Shown here: in pieces, positions 1-11,749 of the stretch
How the letters are laid out: each line of letters begins with the position of its first letter
How positions within the stretch are numbered: the stretch's first letter is position 1
IMG/VR virus record: IMGVR_UViG_3300046779_001269
Location: 112,025-176,024 of that record
Direction: 5' to 3' (one strand)
Length of the DNA stretch: 64,000 bases
DNA from: a virus
Program-made: the position numbers and the translations under genes
The notes under the pieces: generated by a model
Told to the model about the DNA's origin: nothing
Seen by the model: only the letters and a program-made list of their open reading frames with translations
Database searches by the model: none

Positions 1-74
1 ACTTTTATAAACACTTGTAAAATGTTTCTTTTCTCTGGATATGCTTGAGCACTTATAATATCTTTTATTTTCAT
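1..74 (-). CDS. partial hypothetical protein downstream of tail fibre, runs off the window edge
   Basis: ATG at 74-72, 5 nt past the fibre stop; open frame MKIKDIISAQAYPEKRNILQVFIK to position 1. Confidence 0.5.
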   Translation of the reverse strand, partial: MKIKDIISAQAYPEKRNILQVFIK

Positions 75-79
75 TTTAA

Positions 80-3000
80 TTAACCCACTTTTGTTGCTGA
101 AAATTGTACACCAGCACCAGCATTCCAATAACCAGAAGAACTAATTGGACTCGGATAAGCTCGCCATTGATAGTTGTATGGTGATGGTAAGTTTAAAACA
201 TTTGGAACACGTTCATTGTCAAAATTGCCAACATCTGCTACTGTTGAAGAACTGTATGAAGGAACATTTGGACTCCATATCATCCTCAATCTTATTTGTG
301 CGCCGGATCTGATATAAAAGGGTTTATTAAATATCGAATCATTACTTTTACCCCAACCGTTATAATAATATGAACCTTGTGTTCCAACATATCTTGTGTC
401 GCCATAGACTTTCTCTAATGCATTAACTTGTTGGAAATCCCAAGTTCTGGCAGAAATTGCATACCAAGCTGTACCAAGAAGTACCTCTAGTGCTCCAGTC
501 ACATAGGCTGATGTGCTTAACCAAGCGTTACAATAATATCTTCTTCCTCTAAAATATATGTTAACGTCATTAAAAGACCACCAACCTTCGGATGGAACAT
601 TAAATGTCACTGAGGTGTCATCAATAGAACCATTTGATAATGTATATGTATAATTTGGAACAGCACCCATTCCCCAAAATATACCATTGTCACCATAGAT
701 ATGTGTATCATTGCTCAGACCACTTAATGTAGTTGGTCTACCACTTACATTAGACCATGCAACAGAACCAGCACTCGATGCATAGTTAACGGAACCGGAT
801 GATGTTTGGTAACCAGAATCATTTGTGAAAGCACTGACAGCTGTTGGTCTACTAGTTACACCGGTCCATGGAACAGAAGCAGCAGAATCTGCATGACCTA
901 CCTGTGTGTCAGCATGTGCTGTGTCACCATTGTAACCATATAATCTCCAACGGCTACCTGTCCAATATGTTTGTACGGAATAATTACTTGAGTCATCTCT
1001 ACGATACAAACGATATGGTCCAGGACGATTGGCGTCTGTCCACATACCTGTTTGACCGGTAATTCCACTTGCTGGAACTGAATTTGCTGTGATACTCACA
1101 CTTTGAATCGCATCTCTAACCTTCGACACACTGACTTTACGATAGTAGTTATCGGATGCGTTTGTTATGATGAATTGGTTAGGTGTTTCATTTTCATTTC
1201 GGCCAGTATCACTATTAATATAGTTAACGAATGTGTAACCGTTACCTTGTGTTCTCACCAACTTGTTTGCACCAGGAGCAACACCACCCGAAGGTATACC
1301 AATTGATTCTGTAGCTGATCCAACTGCACCGGCCCAACCAGTTACATTAATACCCCAGTTACCGGTTGCACCAGTACCAGCTTTTGTTGGGTAACTACCA
1401 TCAGCTGATGTGGTTGTCATATAACCTAAGTTCTTAACCCATGCTGTTGTAGCAAATGATGTGTTTGATGCAGCACCATCTACTGTCAAGCCCATTGCGT
1501 GACCAGTAAATGTGGCACCAGACAACGCAGCCTTTCTTGTTTCCAAGTTACTGATTGCTAATTCAATCGTATTCGCTGTTGCTGGAATAGCACCAATAGG
1601 TGTTGTGATTGTAATATTGTTAGCATAGTATGCATACACCATATATGCATCAACTTCAAATAGAATCTTTACTCCAGATGCTGGTGCAATTGTAAACACT
1701 ACACTAGTTGTACCTGATTCAGTGTAACCTTCATATTGACGAACACCATCTAAGTAAACTCTCAACTGGTTTGCACCGTTGGTGAATGTTGGTGCAGTAA
1801 ATGTTGTTGTTGATCCGTCACCTGTTGCTGTTGAACGGGTAGAAGTGATTCTGCTTCCTGGTTGTGTACCACCGCCGCCACCGCCTGTGCCACCAGCAAC
1901 CCAAAGATAACTTCCCACACCTTGAGTTCCCAAAACATAACCAGCTGGAACACCAGAAGCATCTGGCAACAAGTTTGTCAATGCAGTAACTCTGTCAGCA
2001 CCACCAGTACCACCAGAACCAATAGCTAAAGCAGTTGAAGTTAATTCTAGTCCTGTAAACTTAGGCGCAGCGGTTCTTCTAATGTCTTGTGGTGTACTAA
2101 ACACCAATGTGTTACTTGATGCAACGATTGTTACACCGTTTGCACCAGACATTGTTATGCCAGTTGTTGAACCTGTTGGTGATGGTGTAGCAGTACCTGA
2201 TGTACCAGTTACCGAATTTAATCCAGTATTTGCACGAGTAAATGCTGGATCCACCTTTGTTGTTACAACACCATCAACATATGTTTGTAAATATGTGTTG
2301 GCAGTATCTGTATATGTTTTTGCTGTTGCTAGTGCTGTACCAACATTGGCCTGTGACCATGTGTTGCCTGCACTAATAGTGGCAGTCAAGAAACTATTTG
2401 CTGTATTGATGTAGTTATTCAGTGTGTTTGCAACTGCTGATGTTGCCACATTGGAAGAACTTGTGACACTTGTAGAGTCACTTAGAAATTCATTTGTTAG
2501 AATTCTGTAATATTGTCCGTTGTCAACATCATTTAATTGAAATTCTTTTGATGATTCACTCCATCTAATGTCAGCATTTGCACCAGATGAACCTCTGTTG
2601 ACAGAGAATCTTGAGGTGATACCTGTGCCACTACCAGCATTAATTGTGAATGTGTTTGTATTGTATACAGTCGATCCATTTATTACAAAGTTACCACCAA
2701 CAGATAATTGTCCTAATGTTTCTAAATTATTGGTAAAAATGTTCGCTGTGTTGGCATCAATTCTGTTTCTAACTGTTATCAATGGCGTTACAATGTTAGC
2801 ACTTGCATTAACAGTGTTTGAAGTTAAATTATTGGCATATAATGTAGATGCAGAAACATAAACATTGGCTCTTACTGTATCGTAGAAAGAGTTTGCACCA
2901 GACAATACTCCTATAACTCCAGTATTTGCAGTAATGCCATTGATGTTTGCTTGTCCAAAAATATCTTCGTTTGTGACTTGCAATGTGGTAATTGTACCAG

Positions 3001-3787
3001 TATTTGAAGTCAGGTTGTTTGTTGCGGTTGTACCTGTAACAAATACAGCAGCTGTATTAACTGATGTGTTGGCCTTAACTACTGGTGAGTATGTTGTTCC
3101 AGAAACAAATGCTGTTGCTGTATTTGTGTGTGTATTGGCTTGCAGTTTGTCTGTTATTGTATTGTAACGAACAGTTGCACTGCCACCAGCACCAATATTT
3201 TGTCCAACAGTTAGGTAATCTGTTGTTGTTGTATCAGCAACAGTCAAGGTATCAGCATCAATACTGTTTGTTACGACTAGAGAGTCATCGAAAGTAACAT
3301 TGCCTGTAACATCCAGTGTACTGTTTAGTGTGGTTGTACCATCAACTTCTAAGTATCCAACAATTTGTGAGTTACCGTTCGTTGTACTGCTACCACTAAT
3401 TGTTAGATTGCCACCAATCGTTGCATTGTTTGCAACATGTAGGCCTATACCTGAAGCATTTGCAGTCAAGACACCTTTGATTTCGGAGTTACCTGATGCA
3501 ATAAAACTTGTTTGTGTATTCTGGAAATAGGCCTGATTTTCTACTGTCAGGTTCTTTTCAATCACAGCAGATGATCCAACACCTTGCACACGCAATTGAC
3601 CTTGTATGATTGCGCCGTTAGCAACTTGTAGACCTAAAGAAGCATCATTCAGATATAATGTTCCAGAATCTTTGGTGTAATTTCCTTTTCCTAAGGTATT
3701 GTTCTCACCAATGAGTGCATTGGTGGCAATTACCCAATCACCAAATGTATTTGCTGCATAACTTAAAACTGATACGGTATTAGCCAT
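80..3787 (-). CDS. long tail fibre / receptor-binding protein
   Basis: 1235 aa, rich in T/N/G/S beta-repeats; internal repeats (SVPWTGVTSRPT, SVAWSNVSGRPT); aromatic-rich C-terminal domain; follows the baseplate cluster. Confidence 0.75.
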   Translation of the reverse strand: MANTVSVLSYAANTFGDWVIATNALIGENNTLGKGNYTKDSGTLYLNDASLGLQVANGAIIQGQLRVQGVGSSAVIEKNLTVENQAYFQNTQTSFIASGNSEIKGVLTANASGIGLHVANNATIGGNLTISGSSTTNGNSQIVGYLEVDGTTTLNSTLDVTGNVTFDDSLVVTNSIDADTLTVADTTTTDYLTVGQNIGAGGSATVRYNTITDKLQANTHTNTATAFVSGTTYSPVVKANTSVNTAAVFVTGTTATNNLTSNTGTITTLQVTNEDIFGQANINGITANTGVIGVLSGANSFYDTVRANVYVSASTLYANNLTSNTVNASANIVTPLITVRNRIDANTANIFTNNLETLGQLSVGGNFVINGSTVYNTNTFTINAGSGTGITSRFSVNRGSSGANADIRWSESSKEFQLNDVDNGQYYRILTNEFLSDSTSVTSSSNVATSAVANTLNNYINTANSFLTATISAGNTWSQANVGTALATAKTYTDTANTYLQTYVDGVVTTKVDPAFTRANTGLNSVTGTSGTATPSPTGSTTGITMSGANGVTIVASSNTLVFSTPQDIRRTAAPKFTGLELTSTALAIGSGGTGGADRVTALTNLLPDASGVPAGYVLGTQGVGSYLWVAGGTGGGGGGTQPGSRITSTRSTATGDGSTTTFTAPTFTNGANQLRVYLDGVRQYEGYTESGTTSVVFTIAPASGVKILFEVDAYMVYAYYANNITITTPIGAIPATANTIELAISNLETRKAALSGATFTGHAMGLTVDGAASNTSFATTAWVKNLGYMTTTSADGSYPTKAGTGATGNWGINVTGWAGAVGSATESIGIPSGGVAPGANKLVRTQGNGYTFVNYINSDTGRNENETPNQFIITNASDNYYRKVSVSKVRDAIQSVSITANSVPASGITGQTGMWTDANRPGPYRLYRRDDSSNYSVQTYWTGSRWRLYGYNGDTAHADTQVGHADSAASVPWTGVTSRPTAVSAFTNDSGYQTSSGSVNYASSAGSVAWSNVSGRPTTLSGLSNDTHIYGDNGIFWGMGAVPNYTYTLSNGSIDDTSVTFNVPSEGWWSFNDVNIYFRGRRYYCNAWLSTSAYVTGALEVLLGTAWYAISARTWDFQQVNALEKVYGDTRYVGTQGSYYYNGWGKSNDSIFNKPFYIRSGAQIRLRMIWSPNVPSYSSSTVADVGNFDNERVPNVLNLPSPYNYQWRAYPSPISSSGYWNAGAGVQFSATKVG

Positions 3788-3788
3788 T

Positions 3789-4013
3789 TTAACCTTTGTT
3801 TGACAATAGTTGTTGCATCATCTGTTTAATCTCCGACATGTCAGACTTGATGCTTTTTATTTCCGATTTAATATTATTTATTTCGTCTTTTTGACCAGTA
3901 ATCAATCTTTTTTTGAAGTTATATTCTTCTCTTCCTGCCGGATCATGGTTCACCAGTGCCATTGTACTGGTGTCCCTATAAAAGGTTGTTCCTTCTACTT
4001 TAACTAAAGACAT
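3789..4013 (-). CDS. small coiled-coil protein of the T4-like baseplate/fibre region
   Basis: likely start MSLVKVEG at 4013; C-terminal heptads (EINNIKSEIKSIKSDMSEIKQMM). Confidence 0.65.
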   Translation of the reverse strand: MSLVKVEGTTFYRDTSTMALVNHDPAGREEYNFKKRLITGQKDEINNIKSEIKSIKSDMSEIKQMMQQLLSNKG

Positions 4014-4014
4014 A

Positions 4015-7000
4015 TTATAGTCCTGTTCCTGATGGTAGAGCAATCGTTCTAATATCACTCAATGCTGGTGCAAATGTTGGATCATTAGAGGTCATAACCA
4101 CTTTAATTGCATACTGATAGAATGAATTAAATGATTGTGCTGATACTGGGTTGGTGTAACTTATATAATTGTCCGCAATGTTGTTTGTTCCTGGTGCGGC
4201 TTCATATTCATATGTGTCATTTTTATTGACTGAATATTTAGAACTGCCATTAACAATCGTCATCAGTTGCCAATTAGCATCTTCTAACTTCAAAGTATCT
4301 TCACGGGAAACAATCTTATAGTAAACATGTATGTCTGTATTCACTGGACGATATGCAGTGAAGAACACACGCAAGTCACCCGAATCATTTCCTGTAGCCA
4401 ATGTTACTGGTTTGGTAATGTATTTTGCATATGCATTACCACCATTTGAAGAAGTTTCACCTGTAACTACAGCTGAAGCTGATACATTTGATGAAGCATT
4501 GAATGTAATTGTTGGTGTCTTGGTGTAACCAGAACCTTCGGTTGTTACATATACACTAACAATATTTCCCATAAACACATTAGCAGAAACAAAGGCTCTT
4601 GAACCGCCTGCTGTATCTGGTGCAGAAACTGTTATGTCTGGTGAACTGATTGTTCCGTTGGCATTTGCCAAGTAACCAATACCACCATTCAATAATGAAA
4701 TGTTTGTATTTGAAATGCCCAAGTTATTGATACGGTGACGAACTGTATACACAGCCAAACCGTCATCGGCAATTATCGGACTCACTGCATCGTCTGTTGA
4801 TGACAATACAGTTTCAACTTTGAATGATGTATTTGATGCATAGTCTAATACACGTTCACCTTTATTGTCATCACATGTGATGTTTTCTGGTGATGGAGTA
4901 CCGAATTTACCTGGTGTAAATGTGTAAGCGCCGTCAGTTGAACCTGAACTGTTCAATGTTGTTGTGTAACGATACTCTACGGCTGTTCCTGGTGGTGTGA
5001 AGTCTGTAGCAGACACATTAAATGCATGGTAAATTGAATTGGCTGTTGCAGTTGCTGTGCTCTTGTCAACAGTTTTTGTTTCTGGTAGACCAGATGGAAC
5101 AACAAATGATAGACTTGGTTGTGTTGATGTTGTAAACTTACATCTGTTGATTGTGAACATCAAGGCTTTACCCTGTTCAGCACTCCATGTCATTGCATTT
5201 TGTGATTCAAACAACGAACCAATGTATGGTGCAGTACCAATCTTAGATGGATTTGTTGGGTTAGAATCGGTAACTTCTGCCTTAGATGTGGAAATCAAAG
5301 CGAAATCGTTTTGTGCAGCCATCCATAAAGTATAATCACTAGATTCGGAACGAACCACAATTGCATACATAACATCTGGGTTGATATAAACCGGAGACGG
5401 GAATGTGAATGTGGTATATGTTGATGAATCTTTGTAGTGTGGATTGTCAGACACTTTTACAGAGTCTCTATTCAAGTACACATTAGAATAATCTAAAGAT
5501 GAACCTGATGGATAACCATTCAGTGTTGGTAGAATATACAATTGCACTGGTATATTTGTTGTTGGCTTATTCTTAAAGAACACATTGATAGAGTTCAAGA
5601 ATATACCATTTGGATAAGTTAATCCATCAACAATAAATGTTTGTGCAACTGGATCATCAGGCACTGGTGGAGCAATTTTGTCCACGGTTGTCAATGTGTA
5701 ACCAGTTTGTACACCCTGTGCGTTTAACACAGTAGTCTTTGTGTTCTTTGCAGTCTGAATAGAAGCTGAATAGTTAACTTCTTGTGACTTGGTTGACAAA
5801 CTTGTTGCAAAGAATGTTGCTTCTGACCAAGTTGTTTCTGTTCCAGTATTGTACTTGAAGTCTAGGTTTGTATTGATAATTGTTCTATCATCCAAACGCA
5901 ACACTCTTTGTCCTGTATGGAACTTATTGGCTGGTAAATAGAACACACCAGAAACTGAACCAATTTCATTTGATGAAATATCACCAATAGAATATACATC
6001 ACCACTTGCAAATGTGATTGATGTGCCTAAAGTAACAACCTTGGTTGATGTATTGTATGCGGTGATTGTTGCTGATTGACCAGGTTTATTGACAATATAC
6101 AGTTTTTTGCCTGTATAAATGTCTGTTGATTTGGCCAATGTATTCAATGTTACAGTAGATGTGGCTGTTCCTGTTGTACTGGTTTTACCAGAGTAGTGTG
6201 TCACAGAAGATAATGTACCACTTGCTGTGCTGTTCTGATAAACACCTGATGTATTGAAGAAGGCGTTAACCAATGTACCAGTTGTGTATGATGTAGTGTC
6301 TAAGTCGCCGATAACATAAAGTCTGATGCCTGTTGAATGTTTGTACACATCCAAAACTTCACCACGTTTGTAGAAAACGGAACTAGAAACATAACCAATA
6401 ATGTCACCACGATTGAATGTTCCAGTTACACTTGTTAGTTCAATGATGTTTGGTTTTCTAACATTGGATGTTACCAAGTTACCATCAAAGAAAGCATTGA
6501 GTGCAGTGTTGAATAATAATCCTGTGGCATTAAAAGACAACTGTTGTTCACGAATGTATGGTAGAATACTTACATCTGTTATGTAATTGCCAGATGAGTT
6601 TTGCATCTTCGACCAATTACCATATGTAAACTGATTTTGTTTATCATTTGTGGTAATAGTTTGTGTGAAGTTTTGGCCAATATTGTCTCTACCGCCAATA
6701 GTTGTTTCCCACTTGTTGGTTGTTACCTTCTCTGTGCCTGGAATTATTTGCCAGTTTGACACACGCAAAGTTGGATCACCATCTATTAAGTTTGTTGTGT
6801 CTGTTGCTTTGTATGATTCAACACCAGTAAACAACATGGCAGGTTCAGCTGAGTTGTCGATCCAATTGTCCATTGGAGGTGTAATCTCTAGTGTACCTTC
6901 ACTCTTTACTTGACCGAATGGGTTGGCACTGATTGTGCGACTTGCCAAGGTTTGTTTGATAACAGTTTCTTCTGTGTAAGGCAAACTAAACAACTGTGAT

Positions 7001-10000
7001 TTGCCAGACAAACTTGGTTTGTAACTCAATGCATTTAGTGTGGCTGTAGATAGTTTAGAACCGTTTGTGTCCAACAAATCTTTGTTCTGCAAATTGTAGT
7101 TCTTAACCACAACAGCAGGACCCATGCTCTTGTTTATATTGTTTAGTGATGCACTAAAGTCTCTATTGAATGTATCTGCAACAGAGAATGTACTGAAGTC
7201 ATCAACCAAAATACCATTCTTGAATCTGTTAAGACCCAATTCATCAGGTATTTGTAGACTTGCAGCATTTTGTTCCATCATATTCAATGATGTATAGTAC
7301 TCCAAGTTATTAACACGGTCTTGCAAGTCTGTAATGTCACTCATCTGCCAGCGTTTATGTATCACTGGTTCAATAGACAAATTACTTCTGCCCGCTAATT
7401 CACCTGGTACATATGTTGTGTATGGGTCTAGAGAAATTTTGGCCAACACCATTGATCCTTCTGGTGCAGAAGGGAACACGGCCTTGTTTGATGGTATACC
7501 ACCAATGATTTTGAATTTGTTATCTTTGCCGATAACCAACAAATCTTTTCTTGCTAGGTAGTATGAATAGTCTGAAGTAAATGATGACAAATCAACAGGC
7601 AAGAATAGACCAGAGTTATTTGTGGTTGTTGGTGTTGTCTTGTGTTTGAATGTGAAAGATTCCTGTGCGTTCTTAACAGCAGGCCTAAAGTCCAAACAAT
7701 CTCTTAGGTCATATGTCACACCATTTCTAGATGTGTAAGATGGTCTATCGGTGAAACCGGAACTATATGACTGAGCACTAAAGTAACCATCACCACCTGC
7801 ATGTTGGTAGTAATCAAATAGAATCCACAATGAACGAGGTGTTGGTGCACCTGGTTTCAATGAGATATATGCATGGCCGTAGTAGTTGTCGGTCTGTCCG
7901 TTATTGAATATGTAATTTTCTGTTACATCTTTTGATGTATCGGTCAACATCGACAATGTTGGAGCACTACCACCAGTATCAATAATTTTAACAATTTGTT
8001 TAACATCAGATACATACAGACTTTGTTTGTTGCCATATGTTAGGACTCCAGAATTACTAATGTAAATCTGTCCCTTGGTCAAGTCGATTGCTGCGTGATT
8101 TACTGTTCCATCTGGACCAGATGATGAAGCCACGGCAGTGTTTGCTTGAATCAATGTCTTAGTTTTCAAGACAAAGTTTGTGTCGTTAGCATTTGTTACA
8201 GACAACTTCGCAAAAACTGTTGCAGTAAATGGATCCAAGTCCAATGCTGTCAAGTAAACGGCATTCTTATCAGCATCAATTGCAATGCTTCTTCCTGCGG
8301 TAGTGAAAGGAATAACATCACCATTTTCAATTGTGGTGTTTGTGCCTTTATCTGTCACAACAACCATGAAGTTTTGTGCAACTGTTGTATCATCTTCTGT
8401 TGAACCACTTCTCAAGAAGTCGAATGAACCTGTTGCTGAACTGTCTAGTTGCAAGTAACGGCGTGAACCTGTTGAGTAAGAACCGAAAGATTGGTTTCTA
8501 AATTGTTGTATTGTGGTGTAAGATGTGTCTGTTACAGAGGCCACATATGGTTGACCCAATGGGAACAACAACTCTGGTGTACCAGGATTGTTTAGTACGG
8601 CATCACCGGTAGAAATACTACCAGACTTACCACTTGTTGCATTGATTTGTGCCCAACCACCCAACACACATGGTGATGCGAGTGTAGACTTGACAATCAA
8701 CTCAGTATCTTTTACACCAAATCTTAGTGAGAATGTAGAACCAGATGGTGTTACAGTGAATGGTGTTTCAACAGTAGCTGTCTTAGTTGAACCATTATAA
8801 GAAACGATTCTTCTTGTGTCACCTGCACCAGAACCAGAATCAATAGTGATTGTTACACCGTAGTATGCATTGCTTACTGCACTGAATTTACCGTTAGTAT
8901 CTGTGAATTGAATGGTAGTGGCTGTTGCAGATGCTGCGGTACCAGACAAGACTTTGTTTTCAATATCATATAGATATGCTTTATAAACATATGTACTTGT
9001 ATCTTCAACATTAGATGAATTGTTGTAAACGATACCTCTGACATAAGCTGTAGCAGCCACAGTAGAGTTGAATGTTGTTGTGTTTGAACGAGCAATATCT
9101 GTATTTGAACTTACTGTGTGTAAATAAACTGGCTCTGCAACTGTTGTGTCGATGAATGTGCCGTTATTACCTTTAACACCAGACACATAGAAGTAACTAC
9201 CATAATCCATAACATTGATGTTGTTATTGGCATAGTCAACTGTGCGAGCTCTTGTTGAGTCCAACTTTAATGTTGTTTGGTTTTCTACTCTGTAACCTTG
9301 TACATAAGCTTTACCTGGACCAACTGACAAGATGTATTTGTCTGATGCAAAAGTGTTTGCTGATGGTGTCAAAGAGAAGTTGTTAACGATGTAGTCACCG
9401 TTAGTTTCGTATGTTCTCTTTGCAAAGTAATCATCAATCACAGAATAAACTGTTTCGTTTACTTGCTTGACGATGTTACCACTTTCAATTCTGGTCAACT
9501 CAATGAACTGGTCATCGTTACCGATTGTAAGTGGTAGAGATGTTAGAGATAGTTTGATGTAGTATCTGTCAGCACCTGGAGCTTGATAGTTAGAGGAACC
9601 TACCGCAGGATCCAATAGTGACTTGTCTGAGTAACTGTCAACAATACTTTCATTGATAGACAAACCAATACGGTAAGATGGTGTTGAATTGTATTTGTCT
9701 AGTATGATTGTTTCTGGTTGTACAGAAACGAAATTACCGATGGAATATTTTGAGAATGTACCGTCACTGTTGCGTGTTTGTGACTGAGAATAACCATTGA
9801 CGATATAGAAAACACCATCAGAGATAGATGCGACAGATGCTAGACCTGTACTTGTTGAACCGCCTGTTGTACCAATAGTGGTTGCATCTAAAGATGTACC
9901 ATCGGTTGGGAATAGGTGCATACCGTCTGTGAATCTAACACCAGAAATGTAAGAAACAATCAGTGTTGGTGGATCACCAGCTTCAACATCAGTACCTGTT

Positions 10001-10338
10001 TGTTCAGCTGTCTTAATAACTTTGGCTAATACTGTACCTGTATCGTCTGTGATGTACTTGTTCAAGAAGTCTGATGCAAGAATATCTTTTGTGCCGTATG
10101 TCTTGTTCAGTTTCAAGTAATAACATTTTGTATTGATTGTTACCTTACCACCTTTAACTGGTGTATTTTGTTTGAAAATGTGGTCAGCAAACTTGGAGAT
10201 TTGACTTTGTAGAATGGTCTGTGCTTGTGTTAATTCTCGACCTTGTACAGAGTATCCTGGCTTGAACAATATACGATGAAAGTTTTTTGATGGGTCAAAA
10301 TCATCGTAGTATGGGTCAACATTAAAATTCAATGACAT
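4015..10338 (-). CDS. large virion structural protein, DUF4815/VrlC-like
   Basis: 2107 aa; N-terminus NFNVDPYYDDFD...ILFKPG..VQGRELTQAQTILQSQI and NRFKNGILVDDF are typical of the family. Confidence 0.8.
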   Translation of the reverse strand: MSLNFNVDPYYDDFDPSKNFHRILFKPGYSVQGRELTQAQTILQSQISKFADHIFKQNTPVKGGKVTINTKCYYLKLNKTYGTKDILASDFLNKYITDDTGTVLAKVIKTAEQTGTDVEAGDPPTLIVSYISGVRFTDGMHLFPTDGTSLDATTIGTTGGSTSTGLASVASISDGVFYIVNGYSQSQTRNSDGTFSKYSIGNFVSVQPETIILDKYNSTPSYRIGLSINESIVDSYSDKSLLDPAVGSSNYQAPGADRYYIKLSLTSLPLTIGNDDQFIELTRIESGNIVKQVNETVYSVIDDYFAKRTYETNGDYIVNNFSLTPSANTFASDKYILSVGPGKAYVQGYRVENQTTLKLDSTRARTVDYANNNINVMDYGSYFYVSGVKGNNGTFIDTTVAEPVYLHTVSSNTDIARSNTTTFNSTVAATAYVRGIVYNNSSNVEDTSTYVYKAYLYDIENKVLSGTAASATATTIQFTDTNGKFSAVSNAYYGVTITIDSGSGAGDTRRIVSYNGSTKTATVETPFTVTPSGSTFSLRFGVKDTELIVKSTLASPCVLGGWAQINATSGKSGSISTGDAVLNNPGTPELLFPLGQPYVASVTDTSYTTIQQFRNQSFGSYSTGSRRYLQLDSSATGSFDFLRSGSTEDDTTVAQNFMVVVTDKGTNTTIENGDVIPFTTAGRSIAIDADKNAVYLTALDLDPFTATVFAKLSVTNANDTNFVLKTKTLIQANTAVASSSGPDGTVNHAAIDLTKGQIYISNSGVLTYGNKQSLYVSDVKQIVKIIDTGGSAPTLSMLTDTSKDVTENYIFNNGQTDNYYGHAYISLKPGAPTPRSLWILFDYYQHAGGDGYFSAQSYSSGFTDRPSYTSRNGVTYDLRDCLDFRPAVKNAQESFTFKHKTTPTTTNNSGLFLPVDLSSFTSDYSYYLARKDLLVIGKDNKFKIIGGIPSNKAVFPSAPEGSMVLAKISLDPYTTYVPGELAGRSNLSIEPVIHKRWQMSDITDLQDRVNNLEYYTSLNMMEQNAASLQIPDELGLNRFKNGILVDDFSTFSVADTFNRDFSASLNNINKSMGPAVVVKNYNLQNKDLLDTNGSKLSTATLNALSYKPSLSGKSQLFSLPYTEETVIKQTLASRTISANPFGQVKSEGTLEITPPMDNWIDNSAEPAMLFTGVESYKATDTTNLIDGDPTLRVSNWQIIPGTEKVTTNKWETTIGGRDNIGQNFTQTITTNDKQNQFTYGNWSKMQNSSGNYITDVSILPYIREQQLSFNATGLLFNTALNAFFDGNLVTSNVRKPNIIELTSVTGTFNRGDIIGYVSSSVFYKRGEVLDVYKHSTGIRLYVIGDLDTTSYTTGTLVNAFFNTSGVYQNSTASGTLSSVTHYSGKTSTTGTATSTVTLNTLAKSTDIYTGKKLYIVNKPGQSATITAYNTSTKVVTLGTSITFASGDVYSIGDISSNEIGSVSGVFYLPANKFHTGQRVLRLDDRTIINTNLDFKYNTGTETTWSEATFFATSLSTKSQEVNYSASIQTAKNTKTTVLNAQGVQTGYTLTTVDKIAPPVPDDPVAQTFIVDGLTYPNGIFLNSINVFFKNKPTTNIPVQLYILPTLNGYPSGSSLDYSNVYLNRDSVKVSDNPHYKDSSTYTTFTFPSPVYINPDVMYAIVVRSESSDYTLWMAAQNDFALISTSKAEVTDSNPTNPSKIGTAPYIGSLFESQNAMTWSAEQGKALMFTINRCKFTTSTQPSLSFVVPSGLPETKTVDKSTATATANSIYHAFNVSATDFTPPGTAVEYRYTTTLNSSGSTDGAYTFTPGKFGTPSPENITCDDNKGERVLDYASNTSFKVETVLSSTDDAVSPIIADDGLAVYTVRHRINNLGISNTNISLLNGGIGYLANANGTISSPDITVSAPDTAGGSRAFVSANVFMGNIVSVYVTTEGSGYTKTPTITFNASSNVSASAVVTGETSSNGGNAYAKYITKPVTLATGNDSGDLRVFFTAYRPVNTDIHVYYKIVSREDTLKLEDANWQLMTIVNGSSKYSVNKNDTYEYEAAPGTNNIADNYISYTNPVSAQSFNSFYQYAIKVVMTSNDPTFAPALSDIRTIALPSGTGL

Positions 10339-10347
10339 TTTTTTCCT

Positions 10348-11739
10348 TTAGTAACCTAATACAATTTTTATTTGTTCTATGCCGTCAGAACTTCTTATAA
10401 TACCACTTCTATTTTCTATGTAGGAAAGATAACCGGATAGAATTACGAAGTCAGGTGAACTAGTTCTGAGTAATGTTCTTGTGGTTCCAGAATCAACTCC
10501 TCTCAATGGAGCATTAACAGTGGAAGTTCCTTTTGTATTTATGAGGTATATTACATTGCTTGCCTCATCAAAACTAACCACCGTACCAGAAAATGTACTG
10601 TTTTCCAATGATGCACCTTGATAAACCACTTCACTATTGGTGAAACCACCAAAACCAGCGGCCACAACCACATCGGTGGTTGTTTTATAGATAGAACCGT
10701 TGGCGGGTAGTGGGTTCAATCCTTGTGTAGTTGGATTAATTACAACACCGATTCTGTTGTATGTGATATCTGTTGGGACATTGAAGTTTTCTGAACCATT
10801 AAATTCCACATTGTACATAACATGTTTACAACCCAGTTCAGCGACAGGATCAAAACCGTGGCCACCGATTGGTGATGTTGGTGCAATAGCTAAGGCACCA
10901 GTACCAGCACCGGAAGAGATTCTCACATTTGCGTAAGTGTAATTCTTACCTGCATCCAAGACAACAATATCACTAACTTCACCACCATTTACAACAGCTA
11001 AGCCTGCTGCGGTAGTTCCTGGAACACCATTCGCTGCAGTACCATCACCAGTAATGATAACATTCACGACTGAGTTTGATGGGTCATACAACACACCATT
11101 CTGTATCACATTGATAACATCCAAACTGCCTGCACCAGAAGTGGTGATTAGAGGATTAATATTTTTATCTGTTACTGGCACAGGAATCCATGTTGCATCC
11201 ATGAACTTAGTCTTTAGACCAGTGTCGATGGTGTACATGTACTTCCACTTATAACTGTCTGCACCTTTGAAGATGTTGTTTGTGCCATAAGAACCTGGTT
11301 CGAAATATGGTTCTGAATAACATGGATTGCCGTTGTCATTCCACAAACACTTGAACACTTGGTCATATTTGTTTCTAACATAAAAGTGTTTCAATAAGAA
11401 ACCGTTAGAATCTCTCTCAAACATATCCACATAATCATCATAGTAATCATATACAGTACCAGTTGTCCAGTCAAATCTCTCTGCGACAGGACAAATATCA
11501 CTTGAGTTGATTAGTTTGGCTGCAATTATTTCCTTGAAGAATTTTTTCAAAGAAATCATGTCTTGTGTTGGTTCTGGAGGATTACTATCGTCAGTCCAAG
11601 GTGTGACAGAAGCCAATACCATGTAAGATGTACCTAATGGCACCTCAATGTTGGGTGGAACTACCGCAGAGGGTGCAAAGTAGTTCAATTCCAAGGCCGC
11701 AACTGCGGCATTATGTGTTAATATGTTTTTATTTGCCAT
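10348..11739 (-). CDS. gp8: baseplate wedge subunit gp8
   Basis: motifs RFDWTTGTVYDYY, FYVRNKYDQVFKCLWN, YKWKYMYTI, C-terminal ENR..IIRS.DGIEQIKIVL. Confidence 0.85.
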   Translation of the reverse strand: MANKNILTHNAAVAALELNYFAPSAVVPPNIEVPLGTSYMVLASVTPWTDDSNPPEPTQDMISLKKFFKEIIAAKLINSSDICPVAERFDWTTGTVYDYYDDYVDMFERDSNGFLLKHFYVRNKYDQVFKCLWNDNGNPCYSEPYFEPGSYGTNNIFKGADSYKWKYMYTIDTGLKTKFMDATWIPVPVTDKNINPLITTSGAGSLDVINVIQNGVLYDPSNSVVNVIITGDGTAANGVPGTTAAGLAVVNGGEVSDIVVLDAGKNYTYANVRISSGAGTGALAIAPTSPIGGHGFDPVAELGCKHVMYNVEFNGSENFNVPTDITYNRIGVVINPTTQGLNPLPANGSIYKTTTDVVVAAGFGGFTNSEVVYQGASLENSTFSGTVVSFDEASNVIYLINTKGTSTVNAPLRGVDSGTTRTLLRTSSPDFVILSGYLSYIENRSGIIRSSDGIEQIKIVLGY

Positions 11740-11749
11740 AATTTATTTA